Source: Candidatus Marinacidobacterales bacterium | GTDB taxonomy: Bacteria > Acidobacteriota > Vicinamibacteria > Marinacidobacterales > DATDRI01 | Direction of reading: 5' to 3' | DNA length: 64,000 nt | Assembly: GCA_965226495.1 (NCBI GenBank) | Contig: OZ245365.1 | Location: 544,001 to 608,000, forward strand | In this document: piece by piece, positions 1-9,083 of the stretch | Numbering within the stretch: the stretch's first letter is position 1 | Layout: each line of letters begins with the position of its first letter | Position numbers and translations under genes: made by a program | Notes under the pieces: model-generated | What the model was told of the DNA's origin: nothing | What the model saw: only the letters and a program-made list of their open reading frames with translations | The model's database searches: none

Positions 1-1
1 G

Positions 2-487
2 GTTCCCCTGGCGCCACTCATCCATGCGCACGAGTTGGACACGGGGGGCGTGGTGATGGAAGACGCTCGGGTCAAGGTAACGGCCGCTCTCGTGAATCAT
101 CCTCTGGTCGAGCCATCGTTCGCGTACCGTTTCGATACCGTCGACCGCTCGATCGTGATCTCGGGGAATACTGCCTGGTGTGACGATTTCGTGAGGTTGT
201 CGCGAGGTGCGGACGTGCTGGTCCACGAAGCACTTTACGCACCCGCCATCGAGCGCCTCTCGCAGAGGGTGGGGAATGCCACGCAGCTGGTCGAGGACGT
301 TCTGGCCAGCCACACCAAGGCGGAAGACGTCGGCCGGCTGGCATCCCAAGCGGGCGTTCGCACGCTGGTCTTGTCCCGCCTCGTGCCCGGAGACGACCCT
401 TCGATCACCGACGACCTGTGGCGTGAGCGGGCGAGCAAACACTTTCGCGGTGAAGTGATCGTCGGTAAAGACCTTTTGGAGATTTGA
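2..487 (+). CDS. MBL-fold metallo-hydrolase (RNase Z/AtsA-like), 5'-partial; two expected metal ligands substituted
   Basis: Frame open from the window edge (VPLAPLIHAHELDTGG...). Motifs AYRFDT, ISGNT (usually SGDT), ADVLVHEA, SHT, LVLSRLVP (usually LSHLVP). Confidence 0.75.
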   Translation, partial: VPLAPLIHAHELDTGGVVMEDARVKVTAALVNHPLVEPSFAYRFDTVDRSIVISGNTAWCDDFVRLSRGADVLVHEALYAPAIERLSQRVGNATQLVEDVLASHTKAEDVGRLASQAGVRTLVLSRLVPGDDPSITDDLWRERASKHFRGEVIVGKDLLEI

Positions 488-488
488 C

Positions 489-3392
489 CTGCGCTCAGTC
501 AGAGGTTGGATTGCGGTCGGTTGCCTGGTTTGCGCGTCGTGCTCGCCCAATGACCCCCCACCCGGCGGCGGTGTCCTGTGGGAGTACTGGTTGGGAATCG
601 AAGGAGTTTCCGTCCCCGCTCTCACCGACCATCCCGATTTTCCCGACCACCCCGCGGGTAGGCGACTGCTCGATGAATTGGAGTCTCCGGCGCAATTCGA
701 AGACTCCTACGGAGCGAGAATCCGCGGTTTCCTTCACCCACCCGTTTCAGGGGAGTACCGGCTTCTTTTGGAGAGTCGCGGCTCGTCGGAACTGTGGTTG
801 AGCACGGACGCGCGGCCCGAGCATAAGACCCGCCTCGCTTCGATCGCGCGTCCCTCGACGTCGCACTCGCGATCGGATGGCTTGTCCGAGCCGGTAACGC
901 TCGACGAGGGAGAGCGGTATTACTTCGAAATCCTACACAAGGAAGGCGAGAGTAAGGACTTCCTGGAAGTCGAGTGGTTGATCCCGGGCGACAGCTCACC
1001 GCGAGACATCGCCAGGCGATGGCTGTCTCCGTGGTCCATCGAACAAGTGGAGCGCATTCGCTTCGGGAAAGAGGAGCCCTTTCCCAACGAGCCGTTCGAG
1101 CTGAGTATCCAAACTCCGACGCAACAAGCCTCGATCCGCTACACCACGGATGGTAGTTGGCCCTCACTGACTCACGGAGAGCTTTACAAAGGCCCGATCG
1201 GGATCGAAAAAACAACCGTCCTCCGAGCCGTCGCCTTCAGACCCGATGCGGTGCCTTCGGAAATCGAGACCCGCACTTTCATCTTTATTGATGACGTTCG
1301 GAATCAACAGAACGTTGCCCCGAAGAATGCTCACTGGAGCACGACGATGGATCCCGGTGTGGCGGAAAGCCCCGTCTATCGGGATCGCATCGCCGGTGCG
1401 CTCCGAGCGATACCCAGTCTCTCCCTCGCTACCTCTCACGAGGACATGTTCGGCCCCGATGGAATCTATCGCCACACGACCGAAAAAGGTCGCGCCTGGG
1501 AAAAGCTGGCTTCGCTCGAGCTTCTTCGGCCTGGCGAGAGAGAGTTTCAAGTCAACTGTGGGGTGCGGATCTCAGGAGGGAGGTCTCGTGAACCTCGTGC
1601 CACGCCCAAGCACAGCTTCCGGATCGCCTTCCGGAGGAAGTTTGGCCCCGGTAAGTTGCGGCATCGACTGTTTCCGGATTCGCCGATGGATCGTTACGAC
1701 AGCCTCGTGCTCCGTGCTGGATTCAACCACAGTTGGACGACGGGTACCGCTGAGAAAGCCTACGCCCAGTATCTAAGGAACGCTTTCACGCGCGATGCTC
1801 AAAACTCGACGGGAAGCTTCAACGGTTCGGGACGCTTCGTTCATCTGTATGTGAACGGGCTGTATTGGGGGCTCTATTTCATGGAGGACCGCCAGGATGC
1901 TGACTTCGCGGCGGCGGTCTTCGGCGGTGACGAGGATGATTTCGATGTCATTCAGGATCGGCGGGTCGAGCGGGGGGATTTCGCAGCTTTCGGCGCAATG
2001 TTCGACATTGCGAACCGAGGCGTGTCGTCCGACGAGAACCTTCGCAAGCTTCTCGCCTATCTGGATCTGACCCACTTCATCGATTACCTCATCGTCAACA
2101 ACTTCTTCGCGAACTACGACTGGCCGATCCGTAATTGGAGGGCGATTCGAAAACGAGTCCCGGAAGCCCGGTTCCGCTTTCTCACTTGGGATGCCGAGTG
2201 GACGCTCCCGCACTACCGACCGGTATGGACCAACGCGGGGGACTACCAAAAGCGCTTGACTACCGGCGATGGGGACAAGACGCCGGGTCGGCTCTTTCAG
2301 AAGCTAAGAGACAACGCCGAGTTTCGGCTCCGGTTTGGTGATCGACTACACCGGCACTTCTATAACGACGGCACCTTCTACGTCGATCCCGATCGTCCCG
2401 ACTGGGAGCCGGGCCGCGCCGAACGCAACCGCCCCGCAGCCCGCTACTACAAATGGGCGTCTCGCATCGACCAAGCCATCATCGCAGAATCCGCCCGGTG
2501 GGGAGCGACGCGCCGAACGCCTGCATTCACCCGGGACGAGGAGTGGGTCAAAGAGCGCGACCGCATCTTGGAAGACTGGCTTCCTCGACGTGCTGCACAA
2601 TTCCTCGCTCAATGCCGCGATGAGGGGCTCTATCCGCGGCTCGAGGCGCCGCGGTTCAGCCAACACGGCGGTCTGGTCGAGCCGGGATTCGAAGTTACAC
2701 TCGAAGCACCGGCCGGCACGATCTACTACACCATCGATGGGAGCGATCCCCGCCGTCCTTTCGAGGGCACCGTATCCAGTGCCGCTCGCGAGTACCGTCG
2801 AGAGTCCTTTCGATTGGAGTCGGCGACCGCACTGAAGGCGCGTGTCTTCGCGGATGGGCACTGGAGTGCGTTGAACGAGGCGCAGTTCTATATGGAGCAG
2901 GATTGGTCGTCGCTCCTCATGACGGAGATCATGTATCACCCGAAAGACGATGAGCTCCTAGTGGACGAGTCGGTTCACGAATTCGTCGAGCTCAAGAACA
3001 CCGGGCCGGCGCCCCTCGACCTGGGCGGGTTGTCCTTCACCGCTGGCATCCGGTTTAACTTTCCCGCGGGAACGGTCCTGCCGGGCGGAGGTTTGATCGT
3101 TTTGGCCGCCAACGAAAGTGCCTTCATCCGTCGTTATGGGCTCGAGCCGCTAGGAGCTTACGAGGGCGCACTCAACAACGGCGGTGAACGGATCCAATTG
3201 ACCGCACCGAACGGCGATGTCGTTCTCGAGTTGTCGTACGATGATAGCGAGCGCTGGCCGGCGGGAACGGACGGGGGAGGCTCTTCACTCGTGCGTTACG
3301 ACGCCGATTCGGCGAAGGATCCCAACGATCCCTCCACCTGGAAGGAGAGCCGCGAGGTCGGTGGCTCGCCCGGCTCTGACGAGCCCCCCTGA
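489..3392 (+). CDS. Putative lipoprotein: PA14 + Fn3-associated + CotH kinase + Fn3-associated + lamin-tail domain
   Basis: PA14-like YGARIRGFLHPPVSGEYR...YYFEILHKE; IRYTTDGSWP and IYYTIDGSDP; CotH motifs PKHSFR, YVNGLYWGLY, NYDWP, WDAE; LTD TEIMYHP...EFVELKNTG. Frame is open upstream of TTG 591; start placed tentatively at CTG 489. Confidence 0.8.
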   Translation: MRSVRGWIAVGCLVCASCSPNDPPPGGGVLWEYWLGIEGVSVPALTDHPDFPDHPAGRRLLDELESPAQFEDSYGARIRGFLHPPVSGEYRLLLESRGSSELWLSTDARPEHKTRLASIARPSTSHSRSDGLSEPVTLDEGERYYFEILHKEGESKDFLEVEWLIPGDSSPRDIARRWLSPWSIEQVERIRFGKEEPFPNEPFELSIQTPTQQASIRYTTDGSWPSLTHGELYKGPIGIEKTTVLRAVAFRPDAVPSEIETRTFIFIDDVRNQQNVAPKNAHWSTTMDPGVAESPVYRDRIAGALRAIPSLSLATSHEDMFGPDGIYRHTTEKGRAWEKLASLELLRPGEREFQVNCGVRISGGRSREPRATPKHSFRIAFRRKFGPGKLRHRLFPDSPMDRYDSLVLRAGFNHSWTTGTAEKAYAQYLRNAFTRDAQNSTGSFNGSGRFVHLYVNGLYWGLYFMEDRQDADFAAAVFGGDEDDFDVIQDRRVERGDFAAFGAMFDIANRGVSSDENLRKLLAYLDLTHFIDYLIVNNFFANYDWPIRNWRAIRKRVPEARFRFLTWDAEWTLPHYRPVWTNAGDYQKRLTTGDGDKTPGRLFQKLRDNAEFRLRFGDRLHRHFYNDGTFYVDPDRPDWEPGRAERNRPAARYYKWASRIDQAIIAESARWGATRRTPAFTRDEEWVKERDRILEDWLPRRAAQFLAQCRDEGLYPRLEAPRFSQHGGLVEPGFEVTLEAPAGTIYYTIDGSDPRRPFEGTVSSAAREYRRESFRLESATALKARVFADGHWSALNEAQFYMEQDWSSLLMTEIMYHPKDDELLVDESVHEFVELKNTGPAPLDLGGLSFTAGIRFNFPAGTVLPGGGLIVLAANESAFIRRYGLEPLGAYEGALNNGGERIQLTAPNGDVVLELSYDDSERWPAGTDGGGSSLVRYDADSAKDPNDPSTWKESREVGGSPGSDEPP

Positions 3393-3496
3393 CAGATTGA
3401 CAAATCTGGGATTTCCGCAAAACAGGTTTCGCTGGTGAGCTTGGCCTGTGTTAATCTACCCGCCGCTCTAGCCGAAACCGTCAAGGAGACAGCGCG

Positions 3497-4390
3497 ATGT
3501 ACCCTGCAGCCTTCCGCTACCACCGGGCAAGCTCCCTCACGGAAGCGGCCTCGATGCTCAACGATTTGGGAGACGAGGCCAAGCTTCTGGCCGGAGGGCA
3601 GAGCCTGATTCCGCTCATGAAACTGCGTTTGGCGGCGCCTTCCGATCTGATCGACCTCAACTTCATTTCCGGCTTGGACGGGATCGAAGAGAGCGAAGGC
3701 CAGGTCCGCTTCGGCGCGCTGGCCCGACATGGGGCCATTGCCGAGTCTCCCGCCGCGGGTCGCGTCCCGATACTGGCCGATTGCGCCGGAGGTATCGCCG
3801 ACGTCCAAGTGCGGAACCGGGGAACACTCGGTGGCTCGGTGGCTGAGGCCGATCCCAGTGGCGACTGGACTCCGGTCTTGCTGACTCTGGGTGCCCAAGT
3901 CGTTTGCCAGGGACCCAAGGAGTCGCGCACCCTGCCGTTGGTAGACTTCATCCTAGACGCATACTCGAACGCCCTCAAGCCGGGCGAGCTCATCCGCGAG
4001 ATCCGCGCGGAGATTCCTCCTAAGGGCAGCGGCGGCGCCTACCTGGCTTTCAAAAGAAGCGCTCAGGTCTATGCCACCGCCAGTGCGGCGGTGCAACTCA
4101 CGATTAAGGGCGACACCTGCGAGGATGTGCAAATCGTCATGGGCTCCGTCGGGCTGACTGCGGTGCGCGCCAAAGAGGCCGAGGACTTTCTGAAGGGCAA
4201 GGCGGCGACCGCCGAGAACCTAGAGTCGGTGGCCGAGGCAGCTATGGCGGCAGCCGAACCGCTGTCCGACATTCGCGGTTCGTCCGACTACAAAAAGGTT
4301 TTGGTACGGGCCCTGGTGAAACGGGCCGCCCAACGAGCCGTTCGCAGGGCCGGCGGGGAAACGATCGAGGGGAGCCACGAATATGTCTGA
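3497..4390 (+). CDS. Xanthine dehydrogenase-family FAD-binding medium subunit (CoxM-like)
   Basis: LAGGQSLIPLMKLR, QVRNRGTLGGS, SDIRGSSDYK; RBS AAGGAG upstream. Confidence 0.92.
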   Translation: MYPAAFRYHRASSLTEAASMLNDLGDEAKLLAGGQSLIPLMKLRLAAPSDLIDLNFISGLDGIEESEGQVRFGALARHGAIAESPAAGRVPILADCAGGIADVQVRNRGTLGGSVAEADPSGDWTPVLLTLGAQVVCQGPKESRTLPLVDFILDAYSNALKPGELIREIRAEIPPKGSGGAYLAFKRSAQVYATASAAVQLTIKGDTCEDVQIVMGSVGLTAVRAKEAEDFLKGKAATAENLESVAEAAMAAAEPLSDIRGSSDYKKVLVRALVKRAAQRAVRRAGGETIEGSHEYV

Positions 4391-4862
4391 GCAAATTCCA
4401 AAAATCCCCGTGGAAGTCAAGGTGAACGGACGGTCTTACCGGCGCGAGGTCGAGCCTCGGATGCTGCTCGTTGAGTTCATCCGCGAGGAGCTGTCTCTGA
4501 CCGGAACCCACATCGGGTGCGAGACCACCTACTGTGGTGCCTGTACCGTGATTCTCGACGGGCTCGCCGTGAAGTCCTGCACGATGTTCGCCGTTCAAGC
4601 TGATGGGGGAGAGATCCTTACTGTGGAAGGACTCGAGAAGGACGGCAAGCTCGATCCGGTCCAGCAGGCCTTCTCCGATGAGCACGGTCTCCAGTGTGGC
4701 TACTGCACCCCGGGCTTCTTGATGTCGGTCACGCATCTGCTCGCCAGAAATTCCAAGCCCGACGAGAAACAAATCCGCAAGGGCATTGCGGGGAACATCT
4801 GCCGTTGCACCGGTTATCAGAACATCATGGCGGCCATCAAGTCGGCCGCCGGCACGCAGTGA
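4383..4862 (+). CDS. [2Fe-2S] small subunit (CoxS-like)
   Basis: GCETTYCGACTV...VKSC, LQCGYCTPG, GNICRCTGY; overlaps the medium-subunit stop. Confidence 0.95.
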   Translation: MSEQIPKIPVEVKVNGRSYRREVEPRMLLVEFIREELSLTGTHIGCETTYCGACTVILDGLAVKSCTMFAVQADGGEILTVEGLEKDGKLDPVQQAFSDEHGLQCGYCTPGFLMSVTHLLARNSKPDEKQIRKGIAGNICRCTGYQNIMAAIKSAAGTQ

Positions 4863-4871
4863 GGACACGTC

Positions 4872-5330
4872 ATGGCGATCAGCTTCGAAGGTGATTTTGA
4901 AGTCCAACGAGACAAGGACGAAGTCTACAAGTTCCTGTCGAATCCAGAAGAGTTCGGCCCGCTGCTGCCGGGTTTTCAAAGCATGGAGGTCGAGGGTGAC
5001 AAGACCTGCTCGGTGAAGCTCAAGGTCGGTGTCCCGCAGATTCCAGGATCGGCGACGGTGAAACTTAGGCTTGACGAAGACCGGCCTCCCGAGCACGCGC
5101 TCTACACCGGCAAGGGCAAGATGGCCGGCGGGTCGATGAATCTAACCGCGGGTTTCGACCTCACCGATGGCGACGCCGGAAAGACCAAGGTCACCTGGAA
5201 GGGCGAGGTGATCATTATGGGGAAGCTCGCGTCTTTGGCTGGCGGGCTCTTGAAGCCGATCGCCAAGAAAAACATCGAGACCCTCATCGGTGGATTGCGG
5301 GACAAGTTGTCGTCAGGAGGAGCGGTATGA
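4872..5330 (+). CDS. CoxG/SRPBCC-family accessory protein
   Basis: 152 aa, SRPBCC-like pattern (VYKFLSNPEEFGPLLPG...GKLASLAGGLL); lies inside the Mo-hydroxylase operon. Confidence 0.85.
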   Translation: MAISFEGDFEVQRDKDEVYKFLSNPEEFGPLLPGFQSMEVEGDKTCSVKLKVGVPQIPGSATVKLRLDEDRPPEHALYTGKGKMAGGSMNLTAGFDLTDGDAGKTKVTWKGEVIIMGKLASLAGGLLKPIAKKNIETLIGGLRDKLSSGGAV

Positions 5331-7744
5331 GTTGGGTAGGTAAGACCGTTCACCGTAAGGAAGACGATCGGTTGATTCGTGGCAAAGGCCTCTTCGTGGA
5401 CGATTACAAAATGGGTGGCATGCTACACGTGAAGTTCGTCACTTCGCCCTACGCTCACGCCAAAATAAACAGCATCGACGTTTCCGAGGCCGAGGCGATT
5501 CCGGGCGTGGTCTGCACCCTGACCGGAGCCGAAGTCGCGGAGCAGACTGACCCATTCATCGAGCTCGCGCCCGACCCCGGCGCCAAGATCCAGGACTACT
5601 GCATGGCAGTGGGGAAGGTGCGCTTCCAGGGTGAGCCCGTCGTCGCGGTCGCCGCGGAAACGGCCGCCATTGCCTCGGACGCCGCCGCTTTGATCGAAGT
5701 CGACTACGACATGCTCGAGACGGTGGTGGACACCGAGGTCGCACTCGAAGACAAAACCATCCTCCACGAGACGGCGGGGACTAACAAGGTTTGGCACGGC
5801 GTCTACGAGTGGGGTGAGGTCGACAAGGCGTTCGACGAGGCGGCCCACATCGTCAAGATCGACAAGATGCATTTCCATCGATTTACGAGTACGCCGCTCG
5901 AGACCAACGCCCATGTGGCGCAGTGGGCGCAGGAAGGAAGAATTCACTTCTGGACAAATTGTTCCTTCCCGGCGTTCGCGATTCAATTCCTGGCTCCGGC
6001 GCTTAGAGTTCCCATCGATCAGATCCGCGCCAAGACGCACGACATCGGAGGCAGTTTCGGGATCAAGATCACGAACTATCCAACGATGGCGATTTGCGCT
6101 TTGCTTTCGCGCAAAGCGGGTGGTGTTCCGGTGAAGTGGGCCGAGACCCGCAGCGAGCATCTGACGGGGAGCGCCCACGGAAACGAGCGAACTTACCGCA
6201 ATACCGAGGTCGCCCTCGACAAGGACGGCGTCATGACCGCTATCCGTTCCAAGCACATCGACGACGCCGGTGCCTTTCCTCGTTACGAGCCCCTCGGATG
6301 CGTGATCTGGTCACAGGTGGTTCCCGCGACATACAAGATCCGGAATCTCCGCATCGACTTCAATCAGGCCGTGACTAACAAATGTCCGGTGGGGCCCAAT
6401 CGGGGCTATTCCCGGCTTCAGCATCTGTGGTTCATGGAGCGGGTCATCGATATCTGTGCTCACAAGCTGGGCATCCCGGGGGACGAGATGCGCCTCCGGA
6501 ACTACATCCGAGATTTCCCGTACGAAACGCCCAACGGCTGCGTCTACGATTCGGGTGATTTCCCGAAGATGATGGAGATCGCCAAGAAGCTCGTCGGTTG
6601 GGACGACTGGAAGAAAAAACAAGAGGCAGCCCGCAAAGAAGGAAGGTGGTTCGGGATCGGCATCGGAACGACCTTGGACTCTGGGACCAACAACTTCGGG
6701 CAGGCGCGTATCATCAATCCCTATTTGCCCTTTTCGGGTAACTCCGAGGTTGCGAACATCAAGCTCGACATCGATGGCACGGTGGTCGTCACCCTCGGCA
6801 CGGTCCCTCAAGGGCAGTCGCACGAGACGACGACGTCGCAGGTGGTCGCCAGCGAGCTAGGCATCAGTCCGGAAATGGTGTCGGTGCGACCCGGTTTCGA
6901 CACCGAATGGAATACCTACACCGGGCACTCCGGAACCTACGCCAGCCAGTTCGCGGTCACCGGGCTTTCCGCTGTCCACGGGGCAGTGGAGAAGCTCAAG
7001 GCGGAGATGAAAAAGGTTGCCGCGTTCGCCCTGGAGGCAGACGAAGGTGATCTGGAGTTCGGGATCGGGGAGCAGGGTCCCGAAGTGCGGGTCAAGGGAA
7101 CCGATCGTTCAGTCGCCTATTGGAGGCTCTCCAATCTGGTCAACGCCAATAACCTCGAGCTCAGCGAAGAGCTTCGCGAGACCATTAGCCTTAATTGTCG
7201 TTACATCTACCACCCTCCATTCGAAATTCCCGATGTCGAGAAGAAGTTCGGAAACCTGACGCTGACCTACGCCGCCCAGCTTCACATCGCGGTCATGGAG
7301 GTCGACAAGGAGACTTTCCATCCAAAGATCCTCGCCTATGCCGCGGTCGACGATTGCGGGAAGAAGATCAATCCCACCATCGTGGAAGGACAAGTCCACG
7401 GCGCGACTGCGCACGGCATCGGTGCGGCACTCTTGGAGAACTGCGTTTACGACGCCGACGGCAACATGCTCACCAGCCAGTTCGCGGAGTACGTGCCGAT
7501 CACCGCGATGAACATGCCGCACATCGAGTGCGGGAGTCTCGAGAGCCCGTCGCCCTTTTCCTACAACGGGGCGAAGGGCATGGGTGAAGGCGGTGGCGCA
7601 CCACTCCATGCCGTTTCTGCGGCGCTCCAGGACGCTTTGCAGGCCGAGGGCGTGATTATCAGCGAGTCGTTCAACGGCCCGAGCGCGCTCTTTGACACCG
7701 TCCGCAGTGCGGGGAAGGACAAGAACGTCACCGTCGTGAAGTAG
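5327..7744 (+). CDS. Molybdenum hydroxylase large subunit (xanthine dehydrogenase family; not CO dehydrogenase)
   Basis: RKEDDRLIRGKG, IGGSFGIK, YDSGDF, QGQSHETT, VEGQVHG, GAKGMGEGG. Active-site loop is GPNRGYSR, not AYRCSFR or AYRGAGR. Confidence 0.9.
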   Translation: MSWVGKTVHRKEDDRLIRGKGLFVDDYKMGGMLHVKFVTSPYAHAKINSIDVSEAEAIPGVVCTLTGAEVAEQTDPFIELAPDPGAKIQDYCMAVGKVRFQGEPVVAVAAETAAIASDAAALIEVDYDMLETVVDTEVALEDKTILHETAGTNKVWHGVYEWGEVDKAFDEAAHIVKIDKMHFHRFTSTPLETNAHVAQWAQEGRIHFWTNCSFPAFAIQFLAPALRVPIDQIRAKTHDIGGSFGIKITNYPTMAICALLSRKAGGVPVKWAETRSEHLTGSAHGNERTYRNTEVALDKDGVMTAIRSKHIDDAGAFPRYEPLGCVIWSQVVPATYKIRNLRIDFNQAVTNKCPVGPNRGYSRLQHLWFMERVIDICAHKLGIPGDEMRLRNYIRDFPYETPNGCVYDSGDFPKMMEIAKKLVGWDDWKKKQEAARKEGRWFGIGIGTTLDSGTNNFGQARIINPYLPFSGNSEVANIKLDIDGTVVVTLGTVPQGQSHETTTSQVVASELGISPEMVSVRPGFDTEWNTYTGHSGTYASQFAVTGLSAVHGAVEKLKAEMKKVAAFALEADEGDLEFGIGEQGPEVRVKGTDRSVAYWRLSNLVNANNLELSEELRETISLNCRYIYHPPFEIPDVEKKFGNLTLTYAAQLHIAVMEVDKETFHPKILAYAAVDDCGKKINPTIVEGQVHGATAHGIGAALLENCVYDADGNMLTSQFAEYVPITAMNMPHIECGSLESPSPFSYNGAKGMGEGGGAPLHAVSAALQDALQAEGVIISESFNGPSALFDTVRSAGKDKNVTVVK

Positions 7745-7906
7745 CCGTGAACTGAGGGCGATCTACGACCTGGCGACTTGGATCGAGCGCCGACCTACCT
7801 GATGTTTCGCGACAGCCCGAGCCTCAGTGCCCGGATTCGCGCGAGTAGCTCCTCCGGTTTGTTCCGCCATCCGATAGGTGCAGATGACGCCATTCTCGCC
7901 TACATG

Positions 7907-7959
7907 TGTCCACTATATTTTCCTGTCCACGGCACGTGGACAGATCTAATAAGTGGACA
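7907..7959. repeat. Symmetric four-site palindrome (TGTCCAC x2 / GTGGACA x2)
   Basis: TGTCCAC at 7907 and 7924, GTGGACA at 7936 and 7953; 17-bp pitch on each side, 5-nt central loop. Confidence 0.8.
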
Positions 7960-8006
7960 GACCCGGGCTGAGGGATTCACCGTATCTCGGCGCGCGTATT
8001 TCCGAC

Positions 8007-9076
8007 TTATGCCGCGTGCTGTGGCCGGCGCCCTTCTTCGATCTGCTCCAGGTAGCGGCCGATGTAACGTACTCCGTCCACGATCAAAGGACAGTGCCTA
8101 CCTATGAAGGCATCCTCTTCTTCTGGCGTGCGAGGAGACTTCTCCCGCCAGTTCCGGAGCACCTGCTGGCCGTCGTAGTCGACGTAGCTGCATCGGAAGG
8201 AGAAGTCGTCCTCCGGTAGCAAAAGCGCATCTCCCGGGAGGAGCGCTACGTGCTCTAGCTGCAGTAGGTCCTTGGCGAGTCGCCCCGCCGTCTCGATGCC
8301 GACCCGATTGAGGCGCTCGCGAAAGGCATTGAAATCGACGTAGAGATAGAAACCTCCCTCGGGCTCAGTCGTTTCGACGCCCTGGATATTCGAGAAGAGA
8401 GATGCACTCTTCCTGCCAATGAGAGCGTTCACTGCTCTTGCGTCTCGGACATAGTCGTCCACGTCGTTCTCGGTGGAGTACGCGACCAAGGCGGCTTGCT
8501 GTATCGGATCGGCAACGCAGGAGTATGTCGACCCCGCGACCTTGAGGACGTTCTTGACGAGCTCCCGGGGTTCCCAAGGGAAAATACCTACTCCCAGGCG
8601 GTAGCCGCCGCAGGAGCGGTCCTTGGAAAGGCCGCCGGTCACGATGGTCGCTTCCGGTAGGATGCGGGCCATACTCGTGAAGGCTTGAGGCTCGAAGCTC
8701 GTCCGCGCGTAGATTTCATCCGCGATGACGACGATGCGATGGCGCCTACAGACGTCGGCTAGCGACCTTAACTCGTCCTCGCGGTAAAGCACTCCGGTTG
8801 GATTGTGCGGTTGGTTGAAGATGAGAATCTTCTGTTTCCCGTCCAAGCCCTCAACGGCTCGGTCGAGTAGTAGTCATGGTGGCCGGCGCACTTCGCGAGC
8901 GCTTCGACGACTGTCGGTGGCGGCGGAAAGGGTGATTGCCCGAAAGCGAAATGATGGTACGGCCGGTTGCATCCACCTCGCCGACAGGCTTCGCGGAAGG
9001 CTCGGATCTGATCGTTGATGCGCAGGTTGGCAGGCGACGATACCTCGAGGAGGTGACTTTCCAAAGCAATCGACAT
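8007..9076 (-). pseudogene. Class I/II PLP aminotransferase with internal deletion and frameshift
   Basis: N-terminus from ATG 9076 (MSIALESH...FAFGQSPFPPP...HHDY) joins out of frame at ~8870 to LLDRAVEGLDGKQKILIFNQPHNPTG...IADEIY...GGLSKDRSCGGYRLG. The usual intervening segment is missing. Confidence 0.8.
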
Positions 9077-9083
9077 GGGTGGG

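Noticed and set aside
3393-3408. CAGATT-N4-AATCTG palindrome overlapping TTGACA before the Mo-hydroxylase operon
   Set aside because: No acceptable -10 at the expected spacing; a 6-bp palindrome alone is too weak.
3497-7744. Aerobic CO dehydrogenase (coxMSL)
   Set aside because: The large subunit lacks AYxCSFR and AYxGAGR, and there is no coxDEF.
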